Positions 13,158 to 23,744 of a DNA stretch of 64,000 nucleotides are shown in pieces. The stretch is from Moniliella sp. 'wahieum' (lineage: Eukaryota). Made by a program: the position numbers and the translations under genes. The stretch spans positions 744,001 to 808,000 of the forward strand of contig RSEE01000008.1 in the NCBI GenBank assembly GCA_003971905.1. The letters run 5' to 3'. Under the pieces are notes generated by a model. The model searched no databases. It was not told the DNA's origin and saw only the letters and a program-made list of their open reading frames with translations. Each line of letters starts with the position of its first letter. Positions within the stretch are counted from its first letter, which is position 1.

Positions 13158-13424
13158 CTGAGCGCCTGAGCTTGGTGTCGGTGGAGAACAATTCCGTAGC
13201 TGGGACGTGCCATCAGCGTCCGGCGGCCACGGCCTGCAGCACAGCACCCGAGTGCCGGAAATAAAACCCTACCACCCAATAGCCGCACCAGCCCAGTGTG
13301 AGCCGCCGTAACCCTATATCGGCATGGCGTATTCATGCCGCAGCAATAACGACGTGCATCCATCGCTGCCCTTCGTGTTCACCGCTCCCCCTGTCACCAG
13401 ACACACGCAAGCCGTTCAACTTTA
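13158..13424. promoter_or_regulatory. Shared bidirectional promoter of RPS6 and RPS13 with AACCCTA motifs
   Basis: Divergent genes with ATGs about 470 bp apart; AAACCCTA at 13264-71 and AACCCTA at 13310-16. Confidence 0.65.
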
Positions 13425-13514
13425 GTGAGTTGACGCCCACGTTGCTATCTTGGCACGTTGTGCAGCAGGATCTTTTGACTAACCCGCGTTGCCTTGCTCT
13501 CTGCTCTCCACTAG
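13425..13514 (+). other. 5'-UTR intron of RPS13 (90 nt)
   Basis: GTGAGT...GACTAAC...CTAG, ending 6 nt before the ATG. Confidence 0.75.
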
Positions 13515-13520
13515 TTCAAC

Positions 13521-13976
13521 ATGGGTCGTATGTACGGTAAGGGTAAGGGCATTTCGTCCTCGGCGTTGCCCTACAGGCGCTCGCCTCCCTCCTGGCTCAA
13601 GGCCACCCCTGAGGAGGTTGCCAACCAGATCTTTAAGCTGGCGCGCAAGGGTCTTACCCCCTCGCAGATTGGTGTTCAGCTCCGTGACTCGCAGGGCATT
13701 GCTCAGGTGCGCTTTGTGACGGGTAACAAGATCCTCCGTATCCTCAAGTCGGAGGGCCTTGCGCCCCAGATCCCTGAGGACTTGTACCACCTCATCAAGA
13801 AGGCTGTGTCTGTGCGCAAGCACCTCGAGCGCAACCGCAAGGACATGGACTCGAAATTCCGCCTGATTCTCATCGAGTCGCGCATCCACCGCCTGACGCG
13901 TTACTACAAGGCCAAGGGCGCCGTGCCCCCTACCTTCAAGTACGAGTCGGCGACCGCCTCCACGCTGGTTGCCTAA
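13521..13976 (+). CDS. RPS13: 40S ribosomal protein S13 (uS15), 151 aa
   Basis: [18 protein letters not shown]...[19 protein letters not shown]...[11 protein letters not shown]. Confidence 0.98.
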   Translation: MGRMYGKGKGISSSALPYRRSPPSWLKATPEEVANQIFKLARKGLTPSQIGVQLRDSQGIAQVRFVTGNKILRILKSEGLAPQIPEDLYHLIKKAVSVRKHLERNRKDMDSKFRLILIESRIHRLTRYYKAKGAVPPTFKYESATASTLVA

Positions 13977-15108
13977 GCCCGTCCAGCACCCCTTTTCATG
14001 TCGCTTTGGACGAAGAATCGGCTTGTTCCGGGACCTGCATATGTTGGAGAGGACGAGGCCAACAAGCCTGGTGAAAGGGCGCCGCGAAGCCGGCTCTTCT
14101 TGGGAGTCTGGCTGGTGCTTGCTTCCATGGTTTCCTATTGGGAGCCATTTACTGTCCACGCGGCAAGGATATTCATTCTATGCCATTACTGCCCCTTCCC
14201 CTCCCTCACTACACGCCTTTCCGTAACCTGGGACAGGCGTGGCGACAAAATATGGAGGTCATGCTCTCGAAGACTATGTGTTGTAGGACAATATGCAGGT
14301 GTGATCTTCTTGGCCTCGAGCGTCGCGACAGATGAAGAGTGGCTTGGTCAAAATCATTTTGGCTGCCATCTGGCCTGCCAAGAACGAAACAGCACTGCTC
14401 GAGGGCGGTCGACGTAGCAACTCGAGATGACGCAGAAGAAATGCTCCACATCAAGCCATGGGCCACAGGGCAGCACAGCTTGGACGGTCCTGCGAGTGCC
14501 GGATCCCACACGGCAGGCGTAGTCTCCATGAGCGACAGCCATTCCCGGATGCTCTGGCCCATCGGCGACCACCTTAGCCAGTCGCTCTGGAGGCCCTCCA
14601 TGCCGGTTGGCCTTAATTTATGCTTGCTGTACAGATTTGCCCAGGTTTGCCCCAAGAGCTGGTTACTAGTTACTGCGGATTGCGCTGAGCTGTCGCATGT
14701 TTTTGGCGTGACAGGTGAGGCGGAGGCGGTGACCGGTGACCCGGGGTGCGCCCTGGTGCCGACGCAGAAGTTTTTGGCTGCAGGGGGAGACACCGCCCCT
14801 GTGCACCTGCCGACAGCCAATCAGCGTCGGGGCTGCGGGCCCGCACAGCGCCAGCCAACCCGGCGGCTCCTGGCCGTAATGGAGCAGGGCCCTCGTGCCT
14901 GTGGCGAGAAGCCCGTACTGGTCCAGTACAAGCCCAAGAGAGGCCACGCCCCCTGGCTGCCCCACAGATGCGTGCTGCCGAGCACGCAACGGTAGAGACT
15001 GGGCCAAGCCAAACCCAACAAGCACAAAGATGCGCAGCTTTTTTCCCATCCCATCCCATCCCATCCGCATCCGCATCCGCATCCCCACCCCAACGGCCCT
15101 CCTCCGCT

Positions 15109-15906
15109 ATGGCTCTTGGCTCTGGTCTCCCTGACCAGCCCGCTGATGAGCCCCGTGGCCGCGTGGCCAGCGTGCACACCGGTCGCGGGGGCGCAGGCAA
15201 CGTATGTCCCTTCCCTTGTGCTTCTGAACTCAACAAGGACACTGACCTTGGCGTGCTCCCTAGATGCTTCACGCTTCTTCACGAGGCTACTCTGGTCCTG
15301 AGCCGGAAGAAATTGCAGCGTACCAACTGACTGCTGACAACCCCCCGGCAACTGTTTCCTCGGGCCGCGGCGGCGTAGGCAATGTACGTTCCCCCTCGCG
15401 CGACCCGCTCGACCGTGCTCGGATTGCGAACCAAGAACAGAGAGATCAAGAGTTGCAGGAAGAGTATCGCAAACACAAGGCCGCCGCGCCGCATTATTCC
15501 CCAGCGGGCCGAGGGGGCCGCGGCAACCTCCACCGCGAAGGTTCGCTCGATCAGCCGCGCGGGGCGAGTCAGGAGCGCGGCCGCAAGGAAGGCCCGGTGG
15601 GATCGGTACGTTCCCTCCGCTTTCACTCCTCCTTCAGATTGAAGGAGCACGAGTGATTCGCATTTGAGGTACTGACCCATTCTGTTGTTGTGTATAGATT
15701 CTTCGTTCCTTCTCCCGCTCCCGATCTCGCGATACCTCGGCACCGCAGCGAAGGGACACGAGCGAGTTGCCCCAGCGCTCGGTGGCGACACCCCAGTCTG
15801 GCTCGGGACCAAGTTTGAGGCGAGCCGTGTTCCACCTACTGGGCCTCTGGCGGATGTGGAAGAAGGTCTTGAGACGGGAGAGAGCGCGGAGCACTTGCCC
15901 CGGTAA
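15109..15906 (+). CDS. DUF3602/Par32-like protein with GRGGAGN repeats; 3 exons (introns 15202-15263 and 15606-15697)
   Basis: HTGRGGAGN, SSGRGGVGNVRSPSRDP and AGRGGRGNL repeats; canonical GTATGT/GTACGT..CTGAC..AG introns; 3' end uncertain. Confidence 0.7.
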
Positions 15907-18178
15907 ACCCAGCCTGGGTCTGTCTAACCCTGTCCTCCCTCCTCCCTCTACCGCCTTCCCTCGCGTTTGCATGACCACCACCTTCAACGGCCTATCTCTT
16001 CCTCCAACCTCTTATTTGATTTTGAGCCGGGTCTCCGACCCGTTCACACTCTCGCCTGTCTTGGTCCGAACTCAATCATTTCCTCCCTAACGGTCATAGT
16101 CACTGCGGCACTGGTTCTTTTCTTTTGTCAATGTTACGTTTCACCCCACTCATACTTCTTTCCCGTTTTACCCAGCTCTCCCTTTTTTGTCCGCTTCAGC
16201 TCATGGTAGGTCCGGCCCACCTTACCCCCTCGTCGATTCTGATGTATCGACTGTTGGGGAAAATAACGAAAATGGGGGAGGTGAGGATTGGCAATGGCTC
16301 AGTGTGGGTATTGATCTTACAACCAAATTCAACAGGGACTCGGTGCGACAATGGGAAAAAAAGTGACAGGCAAGCAGGTCGATAGACGACAACGTTGGAC
16401 CATCTGAGCATTGCGCAGGATAGGGTAACGATACAAGCGCTGGAAGGGTGATGATAGGCACAAACTTGCTTCCCTGGCGCACTCTGCTCTCCGCAATACA
16501 CACCCCGATCATACTTAATCGCGGGGATGCTGACTACGAGTATGAACTGCCCCTCTCAGAACTAGGATGAACCCGGTTTTCGCTCCTGTTTTTTTTTGTT
16601 TGCGGGATAAATGTTGACTTGTCCGCGCGCCTGTCAACGGGGCTAGGGGGGAAGGGAAGATGCTGCCCAGCTTCTCCGATCCTCAATGGCGTTGCATACA
16701 CCCTCCCTTGCATTGCCATTGTCTACGGCACATCCTGCCGAAGTGGTACACCTACTAATGTTCTCGTCCCATACTCTACAGACAAGCAAGATGCACACAT
16801 TGGTGACCGGTGAAGACCCAGGAGGATTGTGGTGTAACGGAGTGCAGTTCATTGACTAGAAGGGGAATGGAACGTACCAGTTTGGATTGTTCTTGATCTC
16901 TGCGAAGTGGGAGTAAGGAGCGGTAGAGGTCTGAGCAAAACAAGCGGGGGGTTAGCATGATCGCCATTGATTGTTGATTCAGCAACACAACGGGATAGGC
17001 TGGGAAGTCTCAGACTTCCAAGGAAGGTCTGTGGGCCGTCACAGGGCAAGGCAGGCTTCAACTCAAAGCCAATGCAAACGAGCCAACTCAATGGGCCGCT
17101 GGAGACGCATAACTGGGTTCGTACACGCCTCCACCCCGCACCCAAAGGCCAGAGGGGATGGACACCATCGACGTGCCAACGACACGAGCCCTCTTGGCCA
17201 AGAGGAGCACTATTGCCCCCGCCACAGAGGGCGGCTTGCGTGCCCTACAGTGGAAACTGCGAATTTGGTTGGATACCAGGGATATCGATCATCGACAACC
17301 AGCCTGCAGAATGATGGGTTGAACGTACCAGTCAGTCTTGACAAGATGTGGTTCAACCGGAACGGCAAATGTTGGCGGCGGAAGCAAGTTGGTGCTAGCA
17401 GAAGCAAACAACCCATGTCAGCAGCCGTGAATCAGGGCAAGGCAAAGGATCAGACAACGAGGTGCTGGCAAGCACCGAAGAAACAATCGTGCCGAAGCAC
17501 GTAGCGCCGACGAGACGCCGCCTTGTCGTTTCGGCATGGTCATATAGGCCGGGGCAAGGAAGATGAAGACATCATGAAGGGGATGACAATGGGCACAAAC
17601 ATACCTTAAGACGAAGGCGAAAATGGGGGTGGAGAAATCCGGTGATCGGCAGTCGGGAATACAGCAAGACTTGAGCAAATGGGGGGATGGGCGAAGAGAC
17701 GATGTAGAAGTGGACACATCAGACGGATACGGGGGCCTTTATACCAAACCCCAAAGCAGGGAGAAAAAAAAAGTGCATGAGGCCATGCCTCCACATCAAC
17801 TGTTACATAAGCGACTGTTCCGCTGGGACTGCCTGTTCCGCCGGCTATCACCTCCCTAAGGCCTTAGCTAAGGCCTTAGGCCTCATGCCAATAACCCTAA
17901 CATTAACCCAACCCTTAGGCAGGTCTGGCTCAGGCCTATGGCCCTGAGGGCTTGTGGCATGTGACAGGTACACGACTTTCAGTAATGTAACAGTCGGGGG
18001 TATAGACGAGGGAGACCAAGGTCCTGTCAGGGACGGGGAAAATGGCAAGATCGTTCGTACGAGGAAACAGAAGGCATCGGGCAGAGAGCAGCAAAAAGGA
18101 AAAGGAAGAGCGAGAAACACAAGATGCAGAATTGGAAATTGGAGCTAGCTTTTAGTCATTCGGTGGCAAGTACTAGCC

Positions 18179-19516
18179 ACGGCAACCAGACGCAGGAAGA
18201 CATCAAATCCATTCCAAATAACACGAAAGATGGAATAGAGATTGTGGGCTTTGGGAAGAGAGAATGTAAAAAAACAAAGAAAACACGCCTACCAAACGAT
18301 GCCAGTGTCGAAGTACATAACCCTGTTGTTCTGAGGGACACTGTAGCCCGCCTCGACAGTTTCGTGCCCTGCCGAAATAGAGGGTAAGGGAAGAGAGTCA
18401 GTATACGCGACGTGCCACGGGGAGAAATATAGGGCACTTACCTGAGTTGCTAAGCTGCCAACTGTAATAACCGTCGCTGTTGGGGCCTTCCGTGTTTCCC
18501 GTAAAAGAAATGTGGTTGCGATAGAAGGGTGCGGATGGGGCGTCAGGGTTGCCGCTACCGCTGAGGAAGAAAAATTGGTCACTGTAGTGGGCGTCACCGC
18601 TGTTCTTGACACAGGGTGCCGCATCAAAGTGAGTTGTGGTGCCATTGTTATTCGTGCGGGCCCGAATGCACTTCCCGGGATGGTCCGCACTCTCAAAGTA
18701 CCCAGTTGCACTGAAGCCTCCTCCTTCAGCAAAGCTCATAATGTTCGACGCGTGCATGTAGAACTTCTCGGCACGAGCCGGCGCACCATTTGCACCCTGT
18801 TGGGAAAGCACTTGATACCCAAGCGTGTCACGGAAGCCATTGAAGGAGACTGTGTGGTTCACCGAGTTGTTGTCGGTCAGCAGCAAGCCGGCGGGGCCCC
18901 ATGTGGCGGTATATTCGTCACGGGGATTGAAGGACGTAGGCGCGGCCCAGACGAGTGCAGCGGTGGTAGCAACAGCGGCGAATAGGATGCTCTTCATTGT
19001 CGAGTGCCGATGTGGAACAAAAGGCAAAAACGGGGTGTGAGGAGAGTAGGTGGTGGGTAGTGGTGGGTGCGAGAGCGGAGTGATGGCCCCAATGAGTTGG
19101 TGATGGAGGGATGGAGAGAAGCTGCGCAGATTCAAAAGGGGCCCCTTTAAATATACCTGTCATTCAGGCGTTTTCCCACCCGCCACATCATGTAAGTAGA
19201 CCGACGCTATGCGCGTGAGAATGTAGGTAGATCCCCGAGCGGCACCCATTGCCAACCGCCCTCAGGCCTCAGGCTGAGGCCTTACGGCTTACGGCGTCCG
19301 AGGGTTAGGGGCCTAAGGCCTAAAAGGGGTAACTCGTAACGCGTGCCGCGTAAGACCGAAAGCCTCAACGCGCCTGGACGAGATTGGGAGACCTTCCGGG
19401 CGCAGATGGGGCAGTGGCCTGCTGTGGCTCCTGCGGCATTTGGGCTGCTGTGGCCCGCCACAGATTGTGCACCTGCGTACATAATGTTGCCGGACTTCCG
19501 CACCGCGTGTCCTCAA
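18179..19516 (-). repeat. Left arm of ~1.35-kb inverted duplication (partner 23745-25115)
   Basis: Reverse-complement match with constant coordinate sum 43261 from 19516/23745 to the first mismatch seen at 18477/24784; diverged but alignable out to 18179/25115. Confidence 0.95.
18289..18997 (-). CDS. Secreted protein, copy A (211 aa; exons 18997-18442 and 18368-18289)
   Basis: Signal peptide MKSILFAAVATTAALVWA; TATA-like TATATTTAAA upstream; 73-nt GTAAGT..ACTGAC..CAG intron; two Cys in GKCIRART..DAAPC..Q-F-F. Confidence 0.85.
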
Positions 19517-19803
19517 TGATTAATGATTAATGATTAACGAGGAGACCACCGGGCCTACGGCCCGGTCAGCTGGGGCTTCGCCCCAGCTTGGTGCTGCGTC
19601 GCAGCCGCCACCGTAGCCACCGTTCCCCCGTCGCCACCTTAGCCACCGTTCCCCCGGTCCACCATTGCCACTTTAGCCACCGTTCCCCCGGTCCCCCGTC
19701 GCCACCTTAGCCACCGTTCCCCCCTTCGCCACCGTAGTTATAATATCACCGATACGCGCTGGCTGCGGGTGGCTGGGAACGTGGCACCGGTCGGCACGTG
19801 CCT
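19517..19803. mobile_element. Possible non-autonomous element remnant: (ATTAATG)n, three hairpins and a GC-rich minisatellite
   Basis: Hairpins at 19548-66, 19568-88 and 19593-605; about 4 copies of a ~26-bp unit cgccaccKtagccaccgttcccccg at 19606-19736; inverted partial unit near 19768-86; palindrome GGCACGTGCC near 19794-803. No transposase or TSD seen. Confidence 0.35.
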
Positions 19804-21437
19804 ATGACGTAAAAGATGCACGGCGGATCAATTTTGCATATGACATAGAGCACTCAAGAACCGTTTTTCCCCCTGGTTTTGACGACGCGAGGATACTACG
19901 GCACCAAGACGGCGGGCAAGTTGTTTGCGCATTGGAAGGAGTTGGCTACTAAGTCTCAGTGGAAATGGTTCCTCGCTCGTATGTCAACCACGTTCCTCCG
20001 TGTCCACACGCGCTTCCTAGGGTACGGGACCGGATGGCGTGAGCCGGAGGGTCCTGATATCCTGGCGATCCCCCTGGTCCCTTAATCTTGGTGGCGCTTC
20101 CAAGTAACCCCCGCAAGATGAACGGTTCGGTTTAGACGTAGCGTTCCCCCTGTCCCAGCCTTAAGCTCTGTCAATGGAATGCACACAACATAGAGATGAC
20201 TGGCTCCAGACGGCCAAGTGTGGCATGTGATGCATGATGTATGATGCATGCGCATGATTCCTGCTGAGCTTGATGATCAATGAGGTCTCAGTCTGAGATC
20301 AGAGACCTGGAGTCCGGATGGTGCTCGAAGCTCGTGGAGGATGCAATCGCACTGGGTACTGATGATCAGTTCTAAGCCAGCCAGCAACGCCTACAGAGGA
20401 GCATCAAGCAGCGAGTCGCCACACCATGTGGCGCAAGCTGCAGAACAAGGAAACACAGGAGTGACTAGTGACTAGTGATAGTGAGGAAACAACTGAACTC
20501 CTATAGGAGAAGGCTGGGGCGCTCAGGCCTCAGCCTGAGGAGGAACTGAGGCTTGAAGGGGCGTTGGCCAAAGCACAAGCCACTCGGCGGCTCAGCTGAT
20601 GAGCTTGAAGGTCCTCGCGCTCCGGATCGTCGGAGACCCGCTATATACGTGGTGTCTCAAACGGCCGTGCGGAAGACTGTCGACATAAGTATCAGTCTAT
20701 TCGCAGTGCAGCCGGGCCGTATAGGCCCGATGGCCTCCTAGTACATACTATACACGCACACCACTTTGCTGTGGGGCCCCAAAGGCTGTGGAGGAGGCAT
20801 CTGTGACCGATCTGACCAGATGACTTCGATGACTAGTGACTAGTAACTAATGACTATAGATGACAATCACAGTGTGACTATAATAGTGGGACTAGTGCCG
20901 GTATAGGGCATATTAATTGGTACAATTGTGGCCGAGACCAGCCAACAAACAAAATATGTCGGCGTCGAGGCCGGACGTTCAGTAGCATCCATACATCAAC
21001 GTCAAATGAGTTGAACGAAGAATGCTAAGTACAAGTGCTGAGTGCTCAGTGAGTGCTTGCCGAGTGCGCTGAGTACTACTCAACTGAGTACTCAGACTGC
21101 TGTGGCTGAGTACATTCGGTACCTATACGTTCTCGATAGTGCATGTGGTCCCTTGGGAGCCAACATTTTCAATTGCATAACGGAAGCGGTAGTCCGGCAA
21201 CAAGCGTATAAGTGCTGCTGGGCCCCTGGTCTCCATCGGACCCTGTCGCCGATTCGCCGGCGTCACTACTGAGAATCTGAGCTGAGCCTCAGCACTCAAA
21301 CGCTTCAATAAAACACTTCAATAGCCGTGGCCATCTAAGCTCCTGGCCATCATCCCCCTCCACCATTACACCTCCCTCTTTTCTTCCCAACTCACAGTTC
21401 CACTCCCCCTCCATCAACGCATCACTACCACACAAAC

Positions 21438-22204
21438 ATGAAGGCCATCCTTCTCGCCGTTACCGCCACCACAGCTGCGCTGGTTTCGGCCGCGCCTACG
21501 CACTTCAAGCGGCAAGACAACGTCTGGGGCCCCGGGGGCTTACTACTGAGTGACCCAACCAACACGGTAAACCACACGGTCTCCTTCAATGGCTTCCGGG
21601 ACTCACTCGGGTACCAAGTCCTGTCTCAACAAGGTGCAGATGGCGCGCCGGCCCGTGCCGAACAGTTTAACTTCAAAACTGTGAGTGCATGGAAGTCTGG
21701 TGAATCTTCTGATACTTCTGTCATCAATGGCGTGGGTATTTTGGAAAGTGCCGACCATGCTGGCCGGTGCATTCGGGCTCGCACGCTCACCGGCTCTACC
21801 ACCCACTTTGACGCTGCACCTTGTCTTTGGGACGGTGTTGATGACCCCAACGGTTACAGTGCACAAATGTTCTTCCTCCAAGGAAAAACCTTCCCCCCGG
21901 ATGAGGCCGTCTACTACAATCACAACACGCTTACGTTTACGGGTACTACCAATGCGGCTGGGCCAAGCGATTACCATTTCCAGCTCAGTAACTCTGGTAC
22001 GCCCCCACACCCCCTCCTTTTCCTTTCGATCTCTCATCTCTGAGTGAACCTCACACCGCATGTATATACATACATACATGTAATACTGAGTATACTGACT
22101 CTCACCTGCTACCCACATTTGCAGGACACGAGACCGTCGAAGCGGGCAAAGATGTCACTCCGAGCGGCTCAACCCTTACGTTCGACGCCATTCTCAGTTT
22201 CTAA
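21438..22204 (+). CDS. Secreted protein, diverged paralog B (212 aa; exons 21438-21996 and 22125-22204)
   Basis: MKAILLAVTATTAALVSA signal peptide followed by a KR (Kex2-like) site; shares VNHTVSFNGFRD.LGYQVLSQQGA.GAPARAE and CIRART..THFDAAPC with copies A/A'; intron at the same position (SNSG/HETVEAG). Confidence 0.85.
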
Positions 22205-23056
22205 CCGTATCGACCTCGTTCCTCTTGCAAATAACCCTGCTGATCTCTTCCACTGGTTTTCTTTTTTTGCTGCGTAATGCGCCATGTTCATCATTGATGA
22301 TGTGACTTTTACCACCACGCCCAACAACAAACCGACCCCTTCTTTTTTGGTGCATCTACCGCTGTTGTGACACCACAGCTACCGAGAACAGCCTGTGGGT
22401 CCTTGACACCCTCTTTTGAGGAGGGGGAGGGCTGAATACAGCCGCAAGGACGGCAATGTGTATTCTCCTCTGGCCTCCTTCTTTCTGTGCATATTTCCTT
22501 CGGAACTGTGCATTTCCCTCGGAACAACTCCCCTTGTTTGCCCTTCTCGACTCTTCCAGCTTAACTAGGTCCATTACACATTAACCGTAAAATCCACGTA
22601 CTGTTGCCAAACCTCTCTCATATGCGTATAGAGGATCCGTGGACACTTTGCATGCCGGGATCGGGCAGTCAGCGCCTGGCCATCATACATCAGCGCTCAG
22701 CAGCTCCCACAAGCAATCCTCAACCTTTAAAGGATCTGACCTCAGACGGGTCATGTGTAAAATCAGTCCTTCGAACGATATCTTCGAAGAGAAAGGGGAT
22801 ATATGTGTTACGGCGGGGGCAATGTCCCACTGGCGGCTTGTTACATGTTCGCAGCGACGATATATGGGGCGGGGTTACCGGGGCTACCGCGGCTATTGGA
22901 GTCATGTGGAACCCTCCCCTCCCTTTTGGCGACTGTTATGTAGTCACTATGTAGTCACGGGCTAGTCAGCACAGGGCTTCTTTTCCTTTCAGATCCCAGG
23001 ATCTCGTTGAATATTGACGCGGACGAGATATATATTGACGCGGATCTCCTGACTAT

Positions 23057-23104
23057 AGGCCTTAGGCCTTAGGCCTTACTGGTTACCGGTTACCGGTTAT
23101 CGAG
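23057..23104. repeat. In-register heptamer lattice (AGGCCT-T)3 ACTGGT-T (ACCGGT-T)2 ATCGAG
   Basis: TTA recurs every 7 bp while the 4-bp core changes. Confidence 0.85.
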
Positions 23105-23744
23105 ATTATCATGGCTCGTGATGTACGTGACGCGTGATGCATGATGATCGACGAGACCTTCCAACTCCGCCGACGCGCTCCACACTTTCGTGCGACTATG
23201 TGACCGCGGAGTGCCGGTGACCGGTGACCCGTGACCCGTGACCGTCAACACGCCACGTTGTTCGTTCGCGCGCAAGGTCGTTCGCTTGGGTTTAAAATTT
23301 AACCGTTCCGATTCCGATGGTTTACATGTTCACATGGTCGCAATATGAACTTCACCCCTCTGAGGCTAAGCCCCGCGCGGAGGCTCAGCAGGGGCTCAAT
23401 GTTCAACTGTACTGAACGTTCAACGTACTCAACTGAGCAGCAGGACTGGTGAAGCGCTGAGCACACCTAGCGACGGTGCTGAGGGTGCCGAGGCGCTGAA
23501 GCCTGCCCCGGCGCCAAGTCTCGTTGAGCGCCGTGCCATGTGCCGGACTATACGATGGGCAACATGTATGTATCATCCCCCCATCGGCTGTGTGGCATGT
23601 GTGGGGAGAGCGGGGCTTGCGAATGGGATGGCAGACTTGGATGCGTGCGCTCCGCACTGCCGTTCGAGACAAGGTGCAGGCACCCCCCGATCCTACGCGC
23701 GAGGGGCTTCAAGTTTCACCCTTGGCTGCCTGGAGCCAGAGTCT

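Noticed and set aside
12273..13169. 298-aa plus-strand ORF; likewise 26220..26960, 41894..43339 and 61013..61912
   Set aside because: Antisense shadows of GC3-rich genes (RPS6, RPL13, HSP78, Pil1-like)
16500..17850. Possible minus-strand gene with TATA near 17745 and a GTATGT donor near 17604
   Set aside because: In-frame stop before the donor and no coherent protein; insufficient support
19606..19736. Repeat array resembling CRISPR
   Set aside because: Eukaryotic context, no unique spacers and no cas genes; it is a minisatellite
23057..23104. Clusters of restriction-site palindromes suggesting a synthetic polylinker or vector contamination
   Set aside because: Arrays are degenerate, repeat the same site, and are scattered across the whole window in native intergenic DNA
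19517..23744. Spacer as a composite transposon with long TIRs
   Set aside because: No transposase ORF, the arms are host genes, and no TSD is visible at the outer ends
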